Source: the human T2T-CHM13v2.0 reference genome, Homo sapiens
Assembly (NCBI RefSeq): GCF_009914755.1
Contig: NC_060926.1
DNA: 64,000 nt
Direction: 5' to 3' (one strand)
In this document: piece by piece, positions 24,724-38,462 of the stretch
Position numbering within the stretch: the first letter of the stretch is position 1
Layout: every line of letters starts with the position of its first letter
Program-made: the position numbers and the translations under genes
The notes under the pieces: generated by a model
The model's database searches: none
The model's input: the letters and a program-made list of their open reading frames with translations, nothing else
Told to the model about the DNA's origin: nothing

Positions 24724-27007
24724 TGTATTAGTCCATTTTCATGCTGCTGATAGACATAACCAAGACTGGGAAGAAAAAAAGGTTTAATCGGATTTACAGT
24801 TCCATATGGCTGGGGAGGCCTCAGAATCATGGCAGGAGGTGAAAGGCACTTCTTACATGGTGGCAGCAAGAGAAAATGAGGAAGAATCAAAAGCAGAAAT
24901 CCCTGATAAATCCATCAGATCTCGTGAAACTTATTCACTATCACAAGAATAGCATGGGAAAGACCAGCTGCCATGATTCAATTACCCCCCCTGAGTCCCT
25001 CCTACAACACGTGGGAATTCTGGGAGATATGATTCAAATTGAGATGTGGGTGGGGACACAGCCAAACCATATTATTCTGCCTCTGGCCCCTCCAAATCTC
25101 ATGTCCTCACATTTCAAAACCAATTATGCCTTCCCAACAGTCCCCCAAAGTCTTAACTCATTTCAGCATTAACCCAAAAGTCCACAGTACAAAGTCTCAT
25201 TTGAGACAAGGCAAGTCCCTTCCACCTATGAGCCCGTAAAATCAAAAGCAAGCTAGTTACTTCCTAGATACAATGGGGATTCAGGTATTGGGTAAATACA
25301 GCCATTCCAAATGGGAGAAATTGGCCAAAACAAAGGGGTTACAGGGTCCTTGCAAGTCCGAAATTCAGTGGGGCAATCAAATTTTAAAGCTCTAAAATGA
25401 TCTCCTTTGACTCCAGGTCTCACATCCAGGTCATGCCGATGCAAGAGATGGGTGAGCATGGTCTTGGGTAGCTTCACCCCTGTGGCTTTGCAGGCTACAG
25501 CCTCCCTCCTGGCTGCTTTCATGGGCTGGCACTGAGTGTCTGTGGCTTTTCCAGGTACACAGTGCAAGCAGTCTGTGGATCTACTATTCTGGGTTCTGGA
25601 GGATGGCAGCCCTCTCTCACAACTCCACTAGGCAATGCCCCAGTAGGAACTCTGTGTTGGGACTCCAACCCTACATTTCCCTTCTGCACTGCCCTAGGAG
25701 AGGTTCTCCATGAGATCCCCACCCCTACAGCAAACTTTTGCCGGCACATCCAGGCATTTCTATACATCTTCTGAAATCTAAGTGGAGGTTCTCAAACCTC
25801 AATTCTTAACTTCTGTGGACCTACTGGCTCAGTACCATGTGGAAGCTGCCAAGGCTTGGGGCTTTTACCCTCTGAAGCCACAACCCGAGCTGTACATTGG
25901 CTCCCTTTCAGCCATAGCTGGAGTGGCTGGGACACAGGGCACCAAATCCCTAGGCTGCACACAGCATGGAGACCCTGGACCTAGCCCATGAAACCATTTT
26001 TTCCTCCTGGGCCTCTGGGCCTGTGATGGGAGGGGGTGCTGTGAAGGTCTCTGACATGGCCTGGAGACATTTTCCCATTGTCTTGGGAGTTAACATTAGG
26101 ATCCTTGCTACTTATGTAAATTTCTGCAGCTGGCTTGAATTTCTCCCCAGAAAATGGGTTTTTCTTTTCTATTGCCTAGTAAGGTTGCAAATTTTCCAAA
26201 CTTTTATGCTCTGCTTCCCTTATAAAACTGAATGCCTTTAACAGTACCCAAGTCACCCCTTGAATGCTTTGCTGCTTAGAAATTTCTTCTGTCAGATACC
26301 CTAAATCACTTTTCTCAAGTTCAAAGTTTCACAAATCTCTAGGGCAGGGGCAAAATGCCGCCAGCCTCTTTGATAAAACATAACAAGAGTAGCCTTTACT
26401 CAAGTTCCCAACAAGTTCTTAATCTCCATCTGAGACCACCTCAGCCTGGACCTTATTGTCCATATTGCTATCAGCATTTTTGGCAAAACCATTCAACAAG
26501 TCTCTAGGAAGTTCCAAATTTCCCACATTTTCCTATCTTCTTCTGAGCCCTCCAAATTGTTTCAACCTCTGCCTGGTACCCAGTTCCAAAGTTGCTTCCA
26601 CATTTTCGGGTATCTTTTCAGGAGTGCCCCACTCTACTGGTACCAATTTACTGTGTTAGTCCGTTTTCACACTGCTGATATAGACATACCTGTGACTGGG
26701 CAATTTACAAAAAAAGAAGTTTAATTGGACTTATAGTCTCACATGGCTGGAGTGGCCTCAGAATCATGGCAGGAGGTGAAAGGCACTTCTTACATTACAG
26801 CGGCATGAGAAAAATAAAGAAGCAAAAGTGGAAACCCCTGATAAACCTAACAGATCTTGTGAAACTTATTCACTACCACTGGAATAGCACAGGAAAGACT
26901 GGCCCTCATGATTCAATTACCTCCCTCTGGGTCCCTCCCACACTTGGGAATTCTGGGAGATGCAATTCAAGTTGAGATTTGGGTGGGGACACAGCCAAAC
27001 TGTATCA
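24724..27007 (-). mobile_element. Complete THE1 (THE1C-like) MaLR provirus: 3' LTR 24724-25074, internal 25075-26651, 5' LTR 26652-27007
   Basis: Two similar ~350-bp LTRs around a ~1.58-kb THE1-int. Perfect 5-bp TSD tcttt (24719-24723, 27008-27012). Confidence 0.95.
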
Positions 27008-28469
27008 TCTTTCATAAAGCCAGAAAAGACTTCTTTCCTCTAAATTCTGAACAGAATTTATAAAGGCTATGACTTATTCATTCATCGATTATAAACTATT
27101 TAGTGCTGCTCTGTGCCAGGCCTTGTGATGGGGCAGGTTGGGAAGGTGACAGTGGTGACAGCTCCACCTTAGAGAACTCACTGTCTAGAAAAGACGGCCA
27201 GCTTGCTCATGAGCACACCATGAGGTGAAAGGTCCCAGTGGCTCCAGGACTTCAGTGGCAGGAGTTCTGCCTCAGAGGCCGAGAAATGCTTCTTGAAAGA
27301 GGTGACACATGGGAACACCGTGATCATTCTTGAGTATTTTCCTTATTACAACTGGAGTGTAAAGAGGAGGACAGCTCTCAGACAGGGCCCTGTCCTACCC
27401 TCCATGCCTCTTTACTGAGCAGGTTCCCTTCCATCCAACCTTCCTCTCCAGGCACAGAGGCAGCCACTGGAACTGATTTTCTCAGTAAGTCATAAGAGGT
27501 AGGAAAAATTGGGAAGCAAAGGCAAGGTGCATGGTGACACATGCACACAGAGCTGATTTGCATCAGAGGTGTAGTTCCAGGGACCAGCCAGGCGTGGTGG
27601 GGCCTGGAAGGTGAAGACTAGACTGGGAGAGATGGAGAAGATCCTCCCTCCCATCAGGTGTGAGGGCATGGCTGCCCCTGTGGCAGGGGCAGGGGACATT
27701 AATGGCCAGGGGACAAAGCCACAAGCAGGGGCAGAGCAGACAGGATGGGCCAGAGGGAAGAATCAGCAACTGGGAAGGGTGGGGCTAAGTGGACAGAATT
27801 TAGTCTCTGCCATCATTTATACATTTCAAAACTTCTCAACAGGGAAGTCCCTGAGAGGGGCTGAGGAAAGACTCACAAAGGCTTGGTGGCAGGGGTTTGA
27901 GCTGGTGGGAGAGGTTGTCACCAGCCATGAGAGCTGGCCACCCTTCCTCATGCCCACCTGGACCTGTTGCTTCCAGGGACTGTCTGCTCTCTGCCCAAAC
28001 CCCCATCAAAGTCACCTGACCCACATGGGACTTCCTTGCCTCATAAACATTAGAGGATTTAGAAATCTCGAGGTAAAAATAAGAGTCTTAGTTATGTGTT
28101 TGAGTTTCCTGGACCAAATGTTAAGAGTTTGGCTTGGAATTTAAGGTCAAAGAAAATCAAATGGTAGTGGAAAGAACTGCATTTGTAAATGGGAAGGCAA
28201 GGGCCCCATCTTCTATCGGCTGGCTTTCATTATGGTGTGTAACAGTCTCTGAAGTTATTAACTTTTCAATTAGGGTCTTGATGTTCTGCAATCCAAAACT
28301 CTCTGTTAGAATAGAATTGTGGCTCTAGGACTTGCAATTGGTACAGACAATGGTAAACTCCATATAGGCAAAGAAAATGTATTTTTCATCTTGATATTTG
28401 AAGCCCACTTATCAACATGCCTGGCATATATTAAGTGCTAAGTAAATGTTAGTTGAGATGAAACAGTAG

Positions 28470-28913
<444 letters not shown>

Positions 28914-29735
28914 TAAATGGCCATGCAGAATGGAAACCAGCAGCTTTTGATGTGACATTTGATGCAACGGTCTTAGTGACTTTTCTCACTGGGTTAACCT
29001 GACCATGATGTCCCTAGCTGAGGGACACTGTAAATAAGTCCCTGCCTCATCATATTGCAAACCACAGGCATGATATCTTGGGTAGACACCGGTAAGCAAG
29101 GTTGATCAGGGGGAAATGAACCATGAGATGAAAATGGAAACCTGGAGCCTTCTTTTCAAGCCTTCTTTTCACAGCAAAGAGTTACTCTTTAATGTCGAAA
29201 CCTAGATCATAAAGTGAGAGTCAAGCCTTAGGAACAGACACGACCTTTGAGCACACCTCGTTTGGATTCTGGAGAGGCTGTGGCAGTGCTTAGAGCTTCC
29301 CATTTCATAGCTCTCTGAGGGTGTGAAGCCTCACAGGCCCTCCCCTGTCCTTGGTGTGGGGCTCTGCACAAGACACGCCCGCCCCTGTGCACAGCCTCTG
29401 GCCCTCGTTAGCTTCAGTGGTCGGCCTCTTCTGGGCTTCCTGTGGCCTTCTCCTTAGAGTACACAGGCCCAATTATATTTTCCAAAACATAAATGAGTTT
29501 CCATTCTTTTCATTCAATGCCTTGGGTGTTTATAAATGGAGCTAGTGCTGTAGAAGGCCGAGACCTCCGTGGCAGACCATGTGACCTTTGCCTTTCCCCT
29601 CTCATTCCAGTGTGAGGAGCGCTGTGGGAATGCCGTGCCCGCTGAAGCATGGTCATTCTGTAATCCTTAAAGAAAGCTTCATTCCTTCTTTTTTTTTTTT
29701 CTTTCTGTTTTCGTTTTCCCTTCCCTTTGAGGCAG

Positions 29736-29752
29736 GATCATCTTATGGGAAG
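29736..29752 (+). other. Candidate 17-nt microexon gatcatcttatgggaag
   Basis: About 45-nt polypyrimidine tract, CAG acceptor, AAG|GTATGC donor. Confidence 0.4.
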
Positions 29753-32700
29753 GTATGCTGTGCTTTCTAAGTAGCATTCTTCTTTTTTTTTTTTTCCTAC
29801 CATAAGCTGACTTTTCTTCTCTAATTCTTTAAGACTGATGTTTCATCTGCCAAAGACATTTCTTAAAAGCATTAAGGTGCATCTGGGTGGTGTTAATTTT
29901 TTAAAATGCTTTGCCTTTTAGAATGCCCTTTCCTCCTGGATCGATAGGTCAACCTTGGCTAGAAGGTTTGGAATATTTATTTCTTTGGGGTCTTTGTGGA
30001 GAATACATCACGCTACACAAGCACTTTGCAATTCAGTGTCCTAATTTAATTTCAAAATGTAAAGACCATCCCAAGCTTTAGGATGCATCAGGCAGCGGAG
30101 GCCAGCACATGATTTGATCAGCATTTCTCAGTTGTAGTGGAAAGAGAAACTTCATCCTAAAAGAAGTATTTTAACAACTTTTTATCAATTGCATTGAAAT
30201 TGTGAGAGGGCCTGGGTGTTCATTGAGTGGTAAGTGTTGAACTACTCTTTTCTTTGGTCTGATTTTCCCAATATATATTATATTGACAATTCTTAGTTTG
30301 TGAACTAGGGGATTTTTTTTTTCATCCTTTCTTGAAGAGCAGTTTTCCAGCCTGGTCAAGTGAATTAATAAGGGTCAGACCTCCATCAAGACTGAATTTG
30401 TGTGCACTCAAATGTAAAGACAGTTGGACACAACAGCAAATCCTCATGCCTAGGCACGCCAGAAAAATCAAGGGGCTCAATTTATTACTTCTAAGAAAGA
30501 TAAATTGGGACTGCGGAAATAAATCACATACAAATGCAGCATGACATTAAATGCAGCCGTTGTTTTGCTTCCAAGGAAGTGGCGCTCACGAGCTTCTAAA
30601 GCTCAGCCTCACAACAGCTTTTACGTTTGATTTTGTTCAGATCTCTGCTTCCATTGAGTTACAATGAGGCACCTTCGGTGCCGGTTTTTAGCCTTTTTTG
30701 GGATGAGATCACACATTGTCATCAGGATTTTATCTGGAAGCCGGAAGGGCAGGAGCTTCCTGTGAAGTGTTCTGCACAGGCAGGGTGAAGTGACTTAACA
30801 GTGAAATCCGTTCGTGGTTCCGTCATTCCAGGGATTGGAAAGTCGAAAAAAATCTGTGAATGTGAAATGAGCCACTTCTAAACATTCAAGCACTTATATA
30901 CTTTTTGTACACCAGTTTGAAAAATTAGCTTAAAAACTTGCCATAGACTTTAATTCCCGGTGTTTGTAACGGTGTGAAATCTAAATAAGTCTGTGGGCAA
31001 AATGGCTGGAAGAGGTTCTGCAGAAATGCAGCTCACTGTACTTGATCCTGTCCCCGCAGTCTCAAACTTCCATCGTAATTTAAAACTGTTATTCCACATT
31101 AGTGCCTTATAGTCTTATAAGCATAATTACCAAGGCAATTAGTGAAATGGTAAGGAAATGGAAATATCCCCCGGTAGCAATTCTGTTCTATAATTAGCTT
31201 ATGTAGGTATAATGTGTATATATAGTTTTATATTTATATATTTCTGGGTAGGTTTCCCTCTTGCCTTTGTACTCTAATGATATAATTCTGAGAAGAAAAT
31301 AGGCTGTTTTTCCCCCGTTCCTTAATTCTCATCCTTCTAGGCATTTAGGTGCCTGGATTTTGCATAGAAATGGCCACAGGCCTCTGAATGTAGGTAATAC
31401 CTGCAATTACAAACCTGGCAGAAAGTCACTGCGTACCATCGGTGCTGGCAACACTTGTCCACTGGTGTCATTTAGCAGTTTCTTTTTCATTCCTATTGTT
31501 TTTGAGCGAAACTAAGTATGATTGTTTGCTGGGGCTTTATAGTAATTATTGTGGATGGGAAATTCTGGCAGCTTCCTGGAGTTCACAGCAAGGATCTATT
31601 TGAAACTATCTGCTTTTTCTTTACTCTTCACATACCTGGGGCCATTCTCTGTGTGCCAGGCACAGTGTGCAGGAGGATGACAAGGCCCAGCTCTGCACTC
31701 AAGAGACGCAGCCCTGCCCCCGGGGCTGCTCAGCGCTCAGCCAGAAGAAATCTGCTGGCCTGCTTGTTCATGGGATCTTGATTTCCTGTCTCCCTCCCTC
31801 CTGAATGACTGCTAAAAAAAGCCCTCACAATGTCTGACTTATTAGAAGTCTCTAAATTGCCCAGGCCCCATATTCTTTGCTTCTCAGATTATGATCCTTT
31901 TGTATTTACATAATTTCAAAATTTGGAAATAATTTTGAAGTTAATCAGGACCTACTGGTGATTGCTTTGGAGTCAAACTTAAAATGAGCACCGAGTAATA
32001 GTGAACGCTTTGGAGATGGCGTTATAGCACTGTGCTGAAATCGCTGTAGACACATTTTCTCATTTAATTTTCACCACTCATTATTTGGCAATGACCCTCC
32101 TGAAATGTTCCACCACAGACCAAGTGGAGCACGTATCACACCCAGCACACAGAAGGCACTCTGAGTTCCCGTGTCTATAGAGGGGGAGGAACTGGGGAGA
32201 GTGTATCTGTCATGGCTGCTATGAGAATCAACCGAGGTTGTGTAAGTAAAGTGCTAAGGACAGTGTGCCATACCATCATCAAATTTGATAATGTTTGGCA
32301 GGATAATCATTTTAATCCTCCTCACCCCTAATATTTTATTCCTATTTTTCCTCTGGTTTGAAGCCTGATAGGGTGTCTGGTGGAGGTCACACTCAGCAAG
32401 GCGTTCTTAATGCCAAGCTCATCTGTTTGAAGTTCCTGGGCATTTGCCATAAGGAATTAATGCCACTCAAGAGTGAGTCCCCATTCACAGAGCTCAGGGT
32501 TGCTGGGTGACTTGGGGTGGAGGTGGCAGGAGTCCCCAAATCTTATGATGTTGCTATTCGGGGGCCTTTCATCTCTAGGATCCTCCCCATCCACTTCCCC
32601 ACAGCCATTACTGTGGCTCTGTCCTGAGTACAGGGGTTATGCTTGGACTGGGAGCCCAAGCACAGTGGCCCAGGGCTTCAGCTCCAGCTTCACCCCAGCA

Positions 32701-32923
32701 ATTAGTTTGTAACAAGCTTTGGAAAGCAGGCCTGTGAGCCCAATAGCTCCACCACCAGCCACTGTGGGATCTCAGCTTCCCCAGCCTTTCTTGGCTTGAT
32801 TTCTTGACCTATAAAATGAGGAAAGAATTAGCAACGATTTGGAAGCTCCATGATTTAAAACCACATGGGAGAGCTAACATAAGCAAGAACTTTTCAAGGA
32901 TGTGGTCTGTTTACCAGCAACTA

Positions 32924-33067
32924 GAGGGCTGGGCTCCCCTGTGGGCTATAGCTTGGAGGGCTGGGCTCCCCTGTGGGCTATAGTTTGGAGGGCTGGGCTC
33001 CCCTGTGGGCTATAGTTTGGAGGGCTGGGCTCCCCTGTGGGCTATAGCTTAGAGGGCTGGGCTCCCC
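32924..33067. repeat. Minisatellite, 32-bp unit x4.5
   Basis: gagggctgggctcccctgtgggctatag(c/t)ttg units start at 32924, 32956, 32988, 33020, 33052. Confidence 0.95.
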
Positions 33068-33339
33068 GGCCTTTATCAGAGGCAGGTGATTACGACAAGG
33101 ACAACAGGGGAGCCAGCTGATTGTAAATTGAACAGGACTTTTTTTGATCCTCAAAAGTGCTTCTTCCTCATTGATGCTGTTCTGCATTGATGTCTGCTTT
33201 TGTTGTCTGACCAGGTGAGATGTCTAGGTCATTCGTGTTTCTTCCACTTTAGTGACCTCCCCTAAGCAGGTGCACGCCTGGCCCTTTGCTGTACTTTACA
33301 CATCCTGTCTCGCTCCATTCTCAGAATTACCACGTCAGG

Positions 33340-33460
33340 TAGATCCGAAGCAGCTCCATTTTACAGATGAGGAGACTGAATTTCAGAGAGGTTGAGTCAA
33401 CTCCCCGAGGCCAGGCAGGAAGGAAACGGCAAGAATCTAGAATGTAACCCCTTTGTCCTG
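33340..33460 (-). mobile_element. MIR fragment
   Basis: MIR core ccattttacagatgaggagactga..agagaggttgag. Confidence 0.7.
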
Positions 33461-34810
33461 GCCTGTGATTCTTCCTTCCATGGGCACCTCCTAAACCAGG
33501 AGCCCCATCCACAGTGCTCAGTTATGGAAGGAAAAATGCCCAGTCTTCTGATGCAGCTGGGCTTCTAACCCACGGCTTACCACACTGAACTGGATGCGGA
33601 TAAGGAATGAACTCTGAAGCAGTAATACGTGAATACCTCACAAATACTACATAGGTCTAACTTGGTTTTGGGATGAAAAGTTTCTCCATTCCTGTAACAC
33701 TAATAATGCCCTGTTCAGCCTTTGCTAGGTCAACAGCAACTGTTCCACTGGGATAGTGCTTCAGAGTTTATTCGATTATGTGGCCCATTTTATAGATTGA
33801 AAAACTGGGGCTTAGAAAGTGACTTGCATGAATTCACGTGGTGGAAGAGCCGCTGTTCTGCCTCCACTGTCCTGTCCTCACTGTGGCTTGCTCCTCTAGC
33901 CTGGTGTCCCTCCCAGCCATCCTCTCTGTGACTCACTCGGGGACAGGCTGCAGAGCTGCTGCCACACTTCAGTCCTTCAGTGGTCTCTGGGTGCTGTCCA
34001 TTCGGGTGCTGCCTCACCTGGACCAGCAGTGCTGGGATTTTCCTGGTGAAAGAAACCTCTCTCTCTTCTGACTCCCGAACGTCCTCTGCTCCCCCATGAG
34101 ATCCGCAGCGATACAGCATCATCGGCGTACATGCACACATCTGGCCGCCCCGCCAGATCCGAAGCTCTTTATAGGCAAAAACCTCATTTACTTCATCTCC
34201 ATTTACCCTTCAGTACCTCCCATATGACCCCAAAATGCTTGCTGAATCCATGAAAAAAATCATTATTGGCCAAGTCAAATATTACCAGAGAGTTGTTAAC
34301 ATTTCTGACAGGCACGTTTGTAATGTATTAGAAGGAATACAGAAACTCAGTACTTAGAACAATTCTTGATTCAGCATAGGCTGAATAAATACATGTTGAA
34401 TAGGAAATGCTTTGGTGGTGGTCCTAACTCTGCCTCTAACTAGCTGTGTGATTTTAGACAGCTTGCTTGCCTTCTCTAGAGGACAGAGTCCTTATCTGCG
34501 AAGTAAGTTGAGTGCTTCTCTAAGATTAGCCTGTCTTCAATATTTTACAGTGTAGAAGGTTCAGACATTAAATCTTTTGATTTATTTTGGTCAAATACTA
34601 AATATAATTTATATATTCACTTTTTATTTAAAAATTAGGTGATTAACTTGAAAGTACAAATTCTACTACATATGTCAGATGAACTAAAAATGGTATTCAA
34701 AAATACAAATATCCATCTATGTTCAGCTAAAAGTCTTTATTGGCTTCATTTCAAACACAAATTTGTTGTCCTATTGCTACCCTAAGATGAAAATGAAATT
34801 CTTTAAATAG

Positions 34811-34918
34811 CTGTGCAGCGGCACGTTCGACTCAAAAATGTGCACACGGGAGCATTGCAGGCCGGTTGAGAGGACAAGCGCAGGTCGGTGCGGCCGGATG
34901 AGGTGTCTTCTCTTGGAG
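34811..34918 (+). other. CpG-rich 108-nt candidate exon in AT-rich context
   Basis: Boundaries ctttaaatAG| and gag|GTacag. 9 CpGs in 108 nt. One fully open frame (LCSGTFDSKMCTREHCRPVERTSAGRCGRMRCLLLE). Confidence 0.3.
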
Positions 34919-35079
34919 GTACAGGATGTAAACTATTTTTCACACTCTTAATTTTCACCTATGTGGTGTGGTTTGACTATGTATCTGTGAATAGCATTTT
35001 GTCCATTCGGCATTGTTAAGTACTGTCTCTATTCCAGGCATCTGCTGAGCATCGGAATTGACTGTAAGGTTCCAATGAG

Positions 35080-35270
35080 GAGACAGCATGGGGGCTGGTT
35101 TAGCCTGAGGTCTCGGAGCCGGCCTGCCTGGGCTTACCTCTCAGTTTCAGCCCTGTTAGCTGTGCCGTCCCCATCTGTAAATGGAAATAATGACAGTTCT
35201 TTCCTCACAGGGTTCTTGTCAAGATTAAATGTAGACTAGTGTTGAGAAAACAGTGTCTAGCATATGTGAA
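35080..35270 (+). mobile_element. MIR fragment
   Basis: ccatctgtaaatggaaataatgacagtt..cctcacagggttcttgtcaagattaaatg. Confidence 0.7.
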
Positions 35271-35608
35271 GACTTCAAAAATGTTCCATGCATTGCTCAG
35301 TCACCTCTGTAAAAAATGAGAAAAAAAATATGTTCAATGCAACTTGAGAGTGCCTGGAATAGAGCAGCCACTCCGTGATGTGGAGCATCTGTTTTCTGCA
35401 CCATGAGGGCCATGCGGGCATCATGCTAACTGGGTTTCTCCAGTATTTTAGTGTGGTGCCAGGCACATTGTGGGAGCTCAGACGTGTGTGTTGAAGGAAC
35501 CCATGGCACCAGTGAGAGCTGGTGCTGCAGGTGAGAGCTCGTTCCTGCTCTGTTGAGATCAGTGTCCAGGTGTCCAGTGGAGACATTCAGGTGCAGTCCT
35601 TACAATGA

Positions 35609-35950
<342 letters not shown>

Positions 35951-36854
35951 TATTCCTGTCTTTTAGGTGAGAAAATGCTAGGTCTGCCCCCTCTGGAGTG
36001 TGAGCTGCACAAGGGAAAGGAACGGATCTGCGTTTTGTTTCTTAAACTCATGTATCCCAAGTGCTTGGAAGAGGGCTCAGCACATCCCAGATGCTCAGTG
36101 GAGATGAACAGGTGCCCCGGTAATCACGGACGTGTCCAGAACCCTTGCGAGGATCTCTTGAATTTCAATCCACTTCCTCCGCCACTCTGTCTCTGATCCA
36201 GCAGTTCTAACTTGTCCTCTCCTGCCCCTTGGCATGCCCATTTCCCCTCCCACATGGGCCTCCTTCCACGAGAAGTGCAAGACGTGATTGTCGGGCTCAT
36301 ACATAAATCTTCCTCCTCTTCCCTCCCTTTCTCCCTCCCCAAAATACATATGAAACTCCTACTCTGTGTCAGTCACCGTGCTAAGTGAAAACACACAACA
36401 TCCGCCCTTGTGGAGTTTGTATTCTAGAGAGACATGCATCAAGTAACTAAACAAATATGTGTGGGAATCCAAATACCATGGCCAGAGCTTTGTGGGGCGC
36501 TGGGAACGTCTCCTGGGGGAGGGGTCTGGGAAGACTTCCTGTGGAGCTTAGAATGGTGGGAAGGATGAGTGGGGGTCAGTCAGTGAAGAGCATCTGGACA
36601 GAACTGATGGCACAAAGGGCCTGGGTGATGGCACGGTGGGATGGGGTCTGAAGGAAGGCAGTGCAGCAGATGAAGCCGAGGCATCCAGGGGTGTGCCAGT
36701 TCTGCAACGTTAGGTGGGAGCATGGTCTTGTTCTAGGGGCAGCAGAGAAGCACTCAGGGATGACAAGTTCACATTTGTGTTTTGACTGCAGTGTGAAGAA
36801 GAGAATAAGAATAAATGGAGAAAGGCTGCTTAGGAAACGTTGCCATTGCACAGC

Positions 36855-37258
36855 TGAGAGCTGTGCTGCAGGTGAGAGGTGGTTCTGCAGGTGAGAGCTG
36901 GTTCTCCAGGTGAGAGCGGGTTCTGTAGGTTACAGCTGTGCTGCGGGTAAGAGGTGGTGCTGCAGGTGAAAGCTGTGCTGCAGGGGAGAGGTGATGCTAT
37001 AGGTGAGAAGTGATGCTGCCACTGAGAGGTGGTGCTGTGGGTGAGAGCTGTGCTGCAGGTGAGAGGTGGTTCTCCAGGTGAGTGGTGGTTCTGCGGGTGA
37101 GATCTGGTTCTGCGGGTGAGAGCTGGTTCTGCAGATGAAAGCTGGTTCTGCAGGTGAGAGGTGGTTCTGCAGGTGAGAGGTGGTGCTGTAGGTGAGAGCT
37201 GTGCTGCTAGTGAGAGCTGTGTTACAGGTGAGGAAAAGCAGACTGTGTTACAGGTGAG
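36855..37258. repeat. Degenerate minisatellite, ~18-19-bp unit (ctgcaggtgagag[g/c]tg[g]t[g/t]) x~21
   Basis: Repeated ctgcaggtgagag cores throughout the interval. Confidence 0.93.
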
Positions 37259-38396
37259 GTTCAAGAGCTACTAAGGAAGTAGGACCCTCAGAGCTCAGTG
37301 ACAGGGAGGACATCAGGGGCAAGGGACAGGGTCTTAAGAATGCTCTGCAGAGATACCGGTGCACCCCAAGTGTGTGCTCTCTCTTCCTCAGTGTGGAGTC
37401 ATCTCTGGGAGATGCTGGCTTTCTGGTGACTGACCACCTTTGTCAGCCACATAAGAACTAGCTGTGGCCAAGGGGCTGATTCTTGCTAGCACGAGGTGGA
37501 CACAGTGAGGTCAAGGCCTACAAGAAGTACTCTGCCCAGCTCACCTCTGGGAGTACAAGGCCTTTGGGAAGGCAGATTCGTGAGGTGAAAGGACACCAGC
37601 TTCTCACAACAGGGAGAAAAGCTGTCCATCCGCAAGAACGGCCATACTGCACACTCAGCGAGAAGCAGGGTGAGGGGACTCGGGGTGGGCATGCTGGGGT
37701 GGCTGTAACAGGCAAGGACACACCAGCCACCATGGCCACTGGGCATGTGTGGGTGAGAAGGCACCAGGATCATGGGAGCCAATCCAGTGGTGGCTCTTTT
37801 GCAGGTCATGGCTGACAACAGGAGATGGTCACAGAGCTGGGTGCATTAAAGGGATGTGTGGATGGTGGCCTCCAAGTAACGCAGCCCAGGTGTGCTTCAC
37901 GGTCAGTTGTCAGGGCCCAGCGGCTGTAACCCGGCAGGGGTGGAGGAGCAGCAGCAACCTGCCGCTATGGCCTGGCCTCCCTGGGACCACTCCTGGATGC
38001 CCACCCTCTGGGTTTGGTGAGAGGTCTTTCCCCTGGAACTCAACTTCTGCCCCCTGTAAACTCTGGAAATTGTTTGGCTAATAGCTCCTGGTGCTTGTTG
38101 CCCCCATGGTCTTGGATTGGTTCCCGCCACGCCCCAAGGGCCATATGCAGATTCTGCAACTGCCCCTGCCTAGCTTCTCCAGGACTCAGGGCTGCGCCTT
38201 TGGGGATCCCCTTCCCTTTTCTTTCAGGGTTCACTGTCCTGTGCCTGTCCAATGCCATAAGCACTTGCTTCATGCCTTTTGCCTAGATTTCTAGCTGTTA
38301 ATGACCCAGGTGTAGGTCCGGATCTGGTTACTTTCTCACAACTGGAAGCGGATGTTCCAGCATCATTTCTAACAGCGAAAATCTTGGTCTAGATAC

Positions 38397-38462
38397 AGCT
38401 GCCAGATAAAACATAGTACACCCAGTTAAAAGTGAATTTCTGATAAGCAATGAATGATTTTG
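38397..38462. mobile_element. MER53-like hAT fragment
   Basis: tgccagataaaacatagtacacccagttaaaagtgaatttctgataa. Confidence 0.6.

Noticed and set aside
30641-30784. 144-nt open segment after tttgttcAG, and similar segments at 17621-17655 and ~23430
   Set aside because: Weak donors, and open frames of this length are expected by chance
36830-37264. 144-aa repetitive minus-strand ORF, and any CRISPR-like reading of the tandem arrays
   Set aside because: A minisatellite translation; the arrays lack unique spacers and the DNA is primate
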